From the NCBI GenBank assembly GCA_051294375.1, contig CM119263.1:16613802-16677801 (forward strand): 64,000 nucleotides of DNA. The letters run 5' to 3'. Made by a program: the position numbers and the translations under genes. This DNA comes from Paraspadella gotoi (taxonomy: Eukaryota; Animalia; Chaetognatha). Shown here in pieces: positions 55,855-64,000 of this stretch; the first letter of the stretch is position 1, and the number at the start of each line of letters is the position of its first letter. The notes beneath the pieces are model-generated. The model was given only the letters and a program-made list of their open reading frames with translations. It had not been told where the DNA came from and did not search any database.

Positions 55855-57490
55855 TTATACTCCCGCTAATGTCCATATCTCTGTCAACCACACGTAAGCA
55901 AATTGAGAACCATACTCACGTTGCTCACCAGTCGAAAACCAAGACGTAGTAGGTGCATCCTTCTTAACAAAGTATTCATATGCTTGTTCCCTTTTCTTGT
56001 TATAATAATCCTCTGGAGGATCAAAATAGTACCAGTGGCAAGGCCAACCTGTGACCTTACCAATGAACCTCATCGATCGATCCATAAGATAATCTGAGTT
56101 AAAAGACAATCCTGCTGTGCCCAGTGAAAGACTTACTAAAACACCAATTAACATCATAACTCGCACTATTTCTGTTATTGAATGATGAGAAAATCTAGGT
56201 ATAAATATTGTAAAAATCCCTATAAAAAAAACAAAAATACAAATAATAGCTGTGCTAAAACCAACAATTTTAAATTTTAGTCCTAGTCCAATACTAACCC
56301 AAAAAATACCATCAACAATTTCGTCAATGGAGCGAAAAAGTCTGGGATGCGACAAAACACACCGAATATACGCAGAGCCCCTGAGCCAATACAGACGTAT
56401 CCTGACCACGAGAATACTGAAAGAAGAGCTCCAAGGGACAATCTTGCATACCACGGTAGAAAGTACAAAAGCCAAAACAAGACCATGCCTCCCAATCCAT
56501 ACACGCACACAAAAACTACACTCGGCTGTGCCTTTGTCTCATCACAGATCCAACGCACCAAATTGGAAACCCTGACGATATCCTCCTCTAGACCTTTAGG
56601 AAAACGGGCTAATTGATCCTGTATCAAATACAAGATCGTCTCAGCTGTATCATTGCCCAAATGTTCAGTAGAAATTATCAGTCTCACCATAAGCTTTCGC
56701 CTCTGATTCAATCTGCGACAACAAGGCTGAAAACATATCCCCCTCCGTTTGGGCGGGATGTCAGTTTCCCTGAATCGCCTCTCTTCTAACTTCGACATAA
56801 ACGCTGTGCTCTTGCCTACCATGTCGAATTAGACCCTTTCTTAAAGCCAAAAACCATGCATCCTGTCTGCGAACCATTTCTCGTGGACAACACGCATTAG
56901 AAGGCAGCAAAACCAGTTCTTTCTGTTCAAGTGAAGATTCCGAGAATGTAATTCGGAAAATTTTGTACATTGAGACTCAGAGTTGACTGATGTTGTTCGA
57001 TCTACATCTTGGCCATCCACTGAAAAAACCCGCTGAAATCCGGGAATTCCAAAATATGTGTAATGCCTAAGAGTAGTTAAAGGCATAACATCAACCTGAT
57101 TCTCACCAGCTATGCAACGCATACCCGGTCATGTGCCCTCCTCTTAGCTTTAAATGTGGTGACTCCAGTGTTTCTCTGAACAAATTGAGCTTGAAAAACC
57201 CGGAATCAATTAAGTAGTGTCGCAAGACACCAACAAACCATCCATGGGTTTCTCCAAATTGATAACCCATATCAATGAGATATGACTTGACATCCTCCAT
57301 CTTGAAGGCTTGCCTAACCAACTCCTTAACCAAATCCGGGTTTTTCTTTTCTACAGCTGACTGTAACTTCGAAACTATTTCAGCTATCTTTTTTAAATAA
57401 TCTTGATCTTCATTCTCAGGCCTATGCTTGTGTTCATTCTTTAAAAACTTCTCAAAGTTCTTTAATCCGTCGTCATGAACCTCACTGCAT
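55855..57490 (-). pseudogene. Intronless chain of overlapping ORFs, probably one or two degraded genes, ending in a multi-TM segment; product unknown
   Basis: ORFs 57103-57333, 56841-57122, 56283-56822 and 55855-56508 are co-oriented and overlap at apparent frameshifts. Several hydrophobic helices in the last. Confidence 0.45.
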
Positions 57491-57534
57491 AATTATTTAA
57501 CTGCTTCCTAAAGATTATCATTATCAGAGATAGT

Positions 57535-57700
57535 AAAAGGTCTGTTCTATTGCGAAAAATGCCAAGAATGCGGATGTACATTCCTTTCTGATGACGTCAT
57601 CACTTCCGGCCACACCCACTACTTCCGGTATGACATGACGTCATCGGAAAGGAATGTACATCCGCATTCTCGGCATTTTTCGCAATAGTACAGACCTTTT
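57535..57700. repeat. 66-bp-arm inverted repeat (hairpin) with CRE and ETS motifs
   Basis: Arms 57535-57600 and 57635-57700 with ~3 mismatches. ATGACGTCAT at the arm tips; ACTTCCGG twice in the loop. Confidence 0.9.
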
Positions 57701-58959
57701 TTTATTCTAACAATTTCTTTTTTATAAAACATTTTTACTTTTGGTAATAACATGACGTCATCACTTCTGGTCGCACCAACTTTTTCTGGTATGACGTCAT
57801 CACACGCCTATCGACTCTTTAGCCACGCCTATGACTTGCCTTGTATGACGGAGTAATAGGTCTCATGTATGACATGACGTCATCTTGAAAGAGCACAACA
57901 ATTTTTAATGTTGATCAGCAAGAGTATAGTATAGTATAGACTCAGACATTTCAACTCTATAAGTCACTTGAATAATACAACTAGTTATTGTCTATACAAT
58001 TTTATAAATCATAACTGACAACCCTATAAGTCACATATCTAAGCAATCTAATAACTCTTAATCGCCAACTCTATAAGTCACCATTTTAATTCCTTATAGC
58101 TGATGCAATTTATTATAAATAATCACAATCATATTTCAAAATAAAAACGGAATGATTTTTCATGAATTTTTCTTTCTTTATTAATTAAAAAACAAACAAT
58201 CTTTAATTTCTAAATTTACTACGACTCCGGTCTAGTCTGCCACTCCCACTTTGCGCTTGTCCCCTTGTCATCTTCGCCATCTTGATTTGCTCTAGAAAAA
58301 AAAGAGGCACAATTATAAGTATTGAAATTGTATAAATATNNNNNNNNNNNNNNNNNNNNNNNNNNNNNNNNNNNNNNNNNNNNNNNNNNNNNNNNNNNNN
58401 NNNNNNNNNNNNNNNNNNNNNNNNNNNNNNNNNNNNNNNACGCCTCAACCCGTAAAAGAGCAGGGAGTCCTTACCCCACCGCTCTTCCAGGCGGAGACCA
58501 CCAAGCTCACGCCTCAACCCGTAAAAGAGCAGGGAGTCCTTACCCCATCGCTCTTCAAGACGGAGACCACCATGCTCATGCCTCGACATCTACAGGGACA
58601 GGCGGAGACCACCCTACCCACGCCTCGACTTCTGCAGAAACAGAAAATCCAGTCAATCAAGCCGGAAGCCCCCAAGCTCTTCAAGGTCCCGTCAAGGGTG
58701 CAAGTATGTTTAAAGCTTCTCCCCACACCCATCCAAAGGACCTTACCTAGTTTTTATTTCTCAACTACGTTCGGGACCCCTTCTCTCCCTTTACGATGAA
58801 CACGCCAATAATAGAGAAGGTACTGTTGCAACAATTTTAATTGATAAGTTCATAAAGAAAATACTCACTGAAGGTCATGCCTACCAACGTGAAGTCAATC
58901 GATTTCAACAAGTTCCCCTCACCCTCGAAGAGGAATGGCGTATCGCCCATTTAATTAAT

Positions 58960-61900
58960 TGTAGCATCACGATCTTTGTTCTATTAATAACTAAATGGTC
59001 GAAGGGAAAATCGTGGGGGTATAAAAGTAAAAATAGAACCCAAGAAAAGATGATTGCGGTTTTCCCACCCTCTTAGAGAAAGGCCAGTGAAATCCAAAGA
59101 TCCGGTTGCGCAATATCTTCAAGGAGGTCTCAGAAAGATATAAAAGGGGAAAGCAAGAGAGAGAGCAGTTCAGTTCCTCTCCACACCAAATTGCTTAAAT
59201 TTTTGTTGTAAATAGGAATAAAACTTATTCAAACCTTTTATTCATCTTGGACAGCCTCAGTCAGAGTTCAGTAGCTAGAGATGCTACAAATTGGCGACCT
59301 TGCCAGGATTAATGAACAACTCTGATTGCGTCTGTCCAGAAAATTTTGCTACCACCGCTTTCACCAAAACGGGAGTCATCGCCGTCCTTCTTGAATCAGT
59401 TGTAATTCTTCTCTTGCTTTGCATTCGGGATGGAAGGCGACGAACAGGAACCGACTCCACCGGGGACAATCCATCGACCGACCCCGCAGTATCCTTCTTG
59501 GAATTATGCTCCGAGATTCGAGCGGCCGGCCGACGAAGCCCAACAGTCGTCACGAGCGGCAGAGAGAGGCCGAGACCGATGGCCTACTCTCCCGCGCAAC
59601 ATCGGCCGGACGAACTGTTTCAATTACCGCCACCCCGCCACCCGCCTACGTGGAACCCTCTCCACCCCCATCCTACCGGGCCGCCACAACCAATCCAACG
59701 ACCACCAACACCGATTGGAAGCGCCGGGACGAGAAGGTAACGGCAACACACCTATTGGCGGCCATCAACGGATTGGCGTTGCGCTTCCAACACTTGGAGG
59801 CGCGCTTGATGAGGTCGATCGCGCGTCAAAGAACTTCTGAAAAAAATGAAGCAGAAGAAGATCAAGTCGACAGAGGGAGAGGACGTCGTCGACATGCCGG
59901 CGCCGAGGACTACAGGTGGTGGAGAGGATCAGGTTGGTGGTGGGAGGATCATGGTGGTGCTGGAGGATCAGTGGTTGGTGGAGGAGGATCGGGAGGACGC
60001 GAACCGGAAGGACGCGGAAGAGGAGGAGGAGGAGGGGCGACGATCCTGACGACGAAGAGATGAACGTCTCGAGCTTCCTGCCTCTGGAGCTCGCCGAGGA
60101 GTCCCTCCGCCTCGCATAATGAGGAGTCGGTACCGTGGACCGGTGAAGCCTAATTTCCCGAGGTATTCGGATGGCCAGTCTATTAGGGCTCTCGCCATCA
60201 CTTTCGAAAATGAGGCACGAGATTGTGAAATACCAACAAAAACTGGCGTTCCAAATTTTTATCACTACTCGTCGGAAATCCTCTATTTTGGCGAACAAAC
60301 TATATCGCGAACAACAAGACGTCACCTACGAGGAACTGCGCGACTATCTTGTCAAGGTGATGGAGAAAGACCTGGATTGGCATCTCGATATCAGTCCTGA
60401 CGGCCCGGAAAACTCAGGTGAAGATCTGAGGGCCTATATGGTGTCAGGCTGAGAAATCTGGCCGTACGAGCCTATGGGCATGAATACACAAATAAACAAA
60501 TTGAACAAAAGCTTTGGAGGTTATTTACCCAAAATCTCCAAGGTGAGCTAGGGGAAAAGTTGCGACTTTATTCCCCAAACGCTTGACGAGGCCATAGAAA
60601 AGCCAGATCCATGGAAACTTTTGGAATCTCCGAAGGAGCGGCAGCTTGTAGTGGCCGTCGTGGAACAAACCGGTACGACAAGGAACGGCGTCCAAAAATC
60701 GTCCGACGCACTGCTGGGATGTGATCGTCGATCCTGAAGCAGACTGTTGGAGTTACATCCGAGAAACGGAGGAGCGACGACAATTCACCACTACCACCCC
60801 GGCGGAAGGGACCATCACACCACCACCACCTGTCATAAATCATCCAGCCATCGTCGTAAAGCGATCCAAAATGAAGGAATAGGTGAAAAATCTCGGAACG
60901 AAAGTGATTCATTCCTCACAACAACAACAACAGTGTTCAGTGAAGACAAAACTCTTAGTGACGCCTCCACTTCAATTCCGCCGATGGGAAACTTCACATC
61001 GACCTTCGTTGATCCCGGCCAGAGTCACAACGGTGATTCATCACTGTCCTCGTCGTTTGGCAACTTTAAAGGCGAAGAAACCGATGTCTTGATCCCGGAT
61101 AAGAAGGAGAGTAACGCCACCAGGACAGAGTCTTCACCAANNNNNNNNNNNNNNNNNNNNNNNNNNNNNNNNNNNNNNNNNNNNNNNNNNNNNNNNNNNN
61201 NNNNNNNNNNNNNNNNNNNNNNNNNNNNNNNNNNNNNNNNNNNNNNNNNNNNNNNNNNNNNNNNNNNNNNNNNNNNNNNNNNNNNNNNNNNNNNNNNNNN
61301 NCTGGGCCCCATATTCCTATATTAATAGGCCAAAATCAAAACGATAGTATTCATATTATGTTGGATACGGGAAGTAATATAAATGTTATCTCAGATGAGA
61401 TATTAGAGAGACTAAATTGTCCAGTAGAAATCAGACCCAGTGATATTTCGTTAAGTGGGGTAGGGGGAGGAAAAATGAGCACTGTTGGGATGGGAATTAT
61501 AACTTGTACAATAAATAAATATGTCCAGAATATTAAATTTTATATTGTAAAGGAATCAGGTATTTGTTTACTAGGTTTAACTGGTATGAAAAAATTCCGT
61601 ATACAAATATGTACGGATCAAGGAATTATTAAATGTAACAATATTGNNNNNNNNNNNNNNNNNNNNNNNNNNNNNNNNNNNNNNNNNNNNNNNNNNNNNN
61701 NNNNNNNNNNNNNNNNNNNNNNNNNNNNNNNNNNNNNNNNNNNNNNNNNNNNNNNNNNNNNNNNNNNNNNNNNNNNNNNNNNNNNNNNNNNNNNNNNNNN
61801 NNNNNNNNNNNNNNNNNNNNNNNNNNNNNNNNNNNNNNNNNNNNNNNNNNNNNNNNNNNNNNNNNNNNNNNNNNNNNNNNNNNNNNNNNNNNNNNNNNNN

Positions 61901-64000
61901 NNNNNNNNNNNNNNNNNNNNNNNNNNNNNNNNNNNNNNNNNNNNNNNNNNNNNNNNNNNNNNNNNNNNNNNNNNNNNNNNNNNNNNNNNNNAGTAATAAA
62001 GAAACAAGAAAATAATATAGTTCCAGTTATAATTAACAATTGGTACACACAACCAATAAAATTGTATAAAAACACAACAATGGGAGTGGCATCAGAATGT
62101 GAAATTCTGATGGAACCAGAAGAGGGAGAAAACCTCTTGGATATGAAGCCTGATAGGAAGGACGGTGGAAATGATNNNNNNNNNNNNNNNNNNNNNNNNN
62201 NNNNNNNNNNNNNNNNNNNNNNNNNNNNNNNNNNNNNNNNNNNNNNNNNNNNNNNNNNNNNNNNNNNNNNNNNNNNNNNNNNNNNNNNNNNNNNNNNNNN
62301 NNNNNNNNNNNNNNNNNNNNNNNNNNNNNNNNNNNNNNNNNNNNNNNNNNNNNNNNNNNNNNNNNNNNNNNNNNNNNNNNNNNNNNNNNNNNNNNNNNNN
62401 NNNNNNNNNNNNNNNNNNNNNNNNNNNNNNNNNNNNNNNNNNNNNNNNNNNNNNNNNNNNNNNNNNNNNNNNNNNNNNNNNNNNNNNNNNNNNGCATAAG
62501 GCGATAGTTGATCCTCCCCGTCGTTATCCTATCAAAAAACAAAAGGCAATCCAAGAACATGTTGATAAATTAGAATCAATAGGAATAATAGAAAATAAGA
62601 AAAAGCACAGATGCCTCAATAATCTTTCCTTGTCTGTGTGACAAGAAAAAGACCGATGGACCTTATAGAGAAAAAATGCAAGAATGGGCAATAGACATAT
62701 AGAAAAATAAATTCTATATACTTATACCCATAGTAGTTTAATCCCTAGAATGTCTTGATGTTTTAGACGTCGTATATCAAAGGGAAAAAATAAATGGTTT
62801 TCTACTATAGATTTAAATTCTGCATTTTATAGAATACCCATGGCACGCGACAATCAATGCAATATACTGCTTTTCAGGTGCCTAATGGGTCTACTTATTC
62901 TTACAATCGCTTACCCTTTGGTTTGTTTAGCACCAGCTACTTTTTTATGCTATGGCGACAAAAATGCTGGCTGGAATTTTCATGGCAGAGTGCTTTGGCT
63001 TACCTTGACGACATAATTGTTTTCATCCGTAATGATTTCAACTTGAGCATGTTGAGGAGGGTCCTATGTCGTTTAGAAGATCGGATGAAAGTAAAGCATC
63101 AAAATGTTTCTTTTTAGAAACACCATTAAATCTTCTAGGCAATCTTAATCAGGGATGGCGTGAAGGCAAGATGTTAGGAGAATCACACCACAATTGACCG
63201 ATCAGCGAGCGGTTAGAATGGATGACACATCCTACAATGGTAAAAGAGGTTCAATCTTTCGTTGCATTTGCAAATTTTTATCGCCGTTTTGTTTCCGGGT
63301 TTTCTGTCATAGCAAGACCTCTCTATCGGTTGACGCAAAAAGAAATTAAATTTGATTGGACAGAGGATTGCCAGAAGGCATTTGAAAAATTAAAAGAATT
63401 ACTCTGTGCTGATACTTGTTTGGCACCTCCAAATTTTGAAAAAGAATTCCATTTGGCAGTGGACTTCTCAAAAATCGGAGTTGGATATGTATTAGCGCAA
63501 ATAGATGATTCAACGGGAAAAATGAGACCTATTTTATACGGATCTCAGGCTCATAAGATTACGACTAAAGCCTTTAAAGGAGAAAATGATACAGAAAGTA
63601 GTTATGTAGGAGAATTAAAGGCCCTTGTAAATTCGATGGAAGCTTGGAAGGCTTATCTGTTATCAAATAATAATTTTACAGTATATACAGACTGCAAGTC
63701 TCTTGTTTACCTTTTAAGGACATCGTCATCTAAAGAGCAATCACCATTTGTTGTGCGTTGCTTTAGGACGATTAGCTGTTTTCGGGTCCACGTGGAAATT
63801 GAAACACGTGGCGGGCACCCGCAATATTGCGGCGGATACGTTATCTCGTATCCGAATTGAAGAGACTCCCACGGGAACTTGGGAGGAGATCTGTCGAGGG
63901 ATTTGACAGATCAGTTGGTAGCGCCGGTAATAACAAAAACCCTGCAGGGAAAGCTGGATCTGTTGACCCTGAGCAACCTTGGACCCTGATCAAGTTCAAG
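58960..64000 (+). mobile_element. Second copy of the same Gypsy family (5' LTR 58960-59288, PBS, gag, PR, RT, RNase H); runs off the window; gapped
   Basis: LTR and internal sequence match the reverse complement of 33000-37530. LDTGS at 61358, YLDDII, LAVDFSKIGVGYVL. Confidence 0.95.

Noticed and set aside
57588-57652. CTGATGA...GAAA across the hairpin as a hammerhead
   Set aside because: Geometry is explained by the DNA inverted repeat; stem II is not adjacent to GAAA.
61141-62493. Long ORFs with X runs
   Set aside because: Artefacts of assembly gaps.

Overview
This is AT-rich, intron-rich animal (invertebrate-like) genomic DNA from a noisy assembly with frameshifts, garbled patches and N gaps. 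Positions 1-25 kb hold host genes: the 5' part of a Kv-type T1-domain channel gene (-), a type II membrane protein with two ILEI/FAM3-like domains (+), HECTD2 (+) followed by a 5'-truncated, frameshifted tandem copy, and an uncharacterised spliced gene. The main feature is a Polinton/Maverick-like element at 26765-55258, bounded by ~207-bp terminal inverted repeats (AGTAG...CTACT) and a perfect 6-bp target-site duplication (GAGAGG). Removing four nested insertions (a full Gypsy element, two TIR-type elements and a non-autonomous LTR element) leaves ~14 kb. That remainder encodes a very long protein-primed DNA polymerase B, an intron-containing mucin-like membrane protein, a small TM protein, a small secreted peptide and a large PC4-like/low-complexity protein. 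I could not recognise an integrase, packaging ATPase, capsid or protease in it. The element abuts another unexplained virus-like region with a hairpin and a CRE/ETS cluster. A second copy of the Gypsy family runs off the right end. All calls are by eye; no database searches were run.
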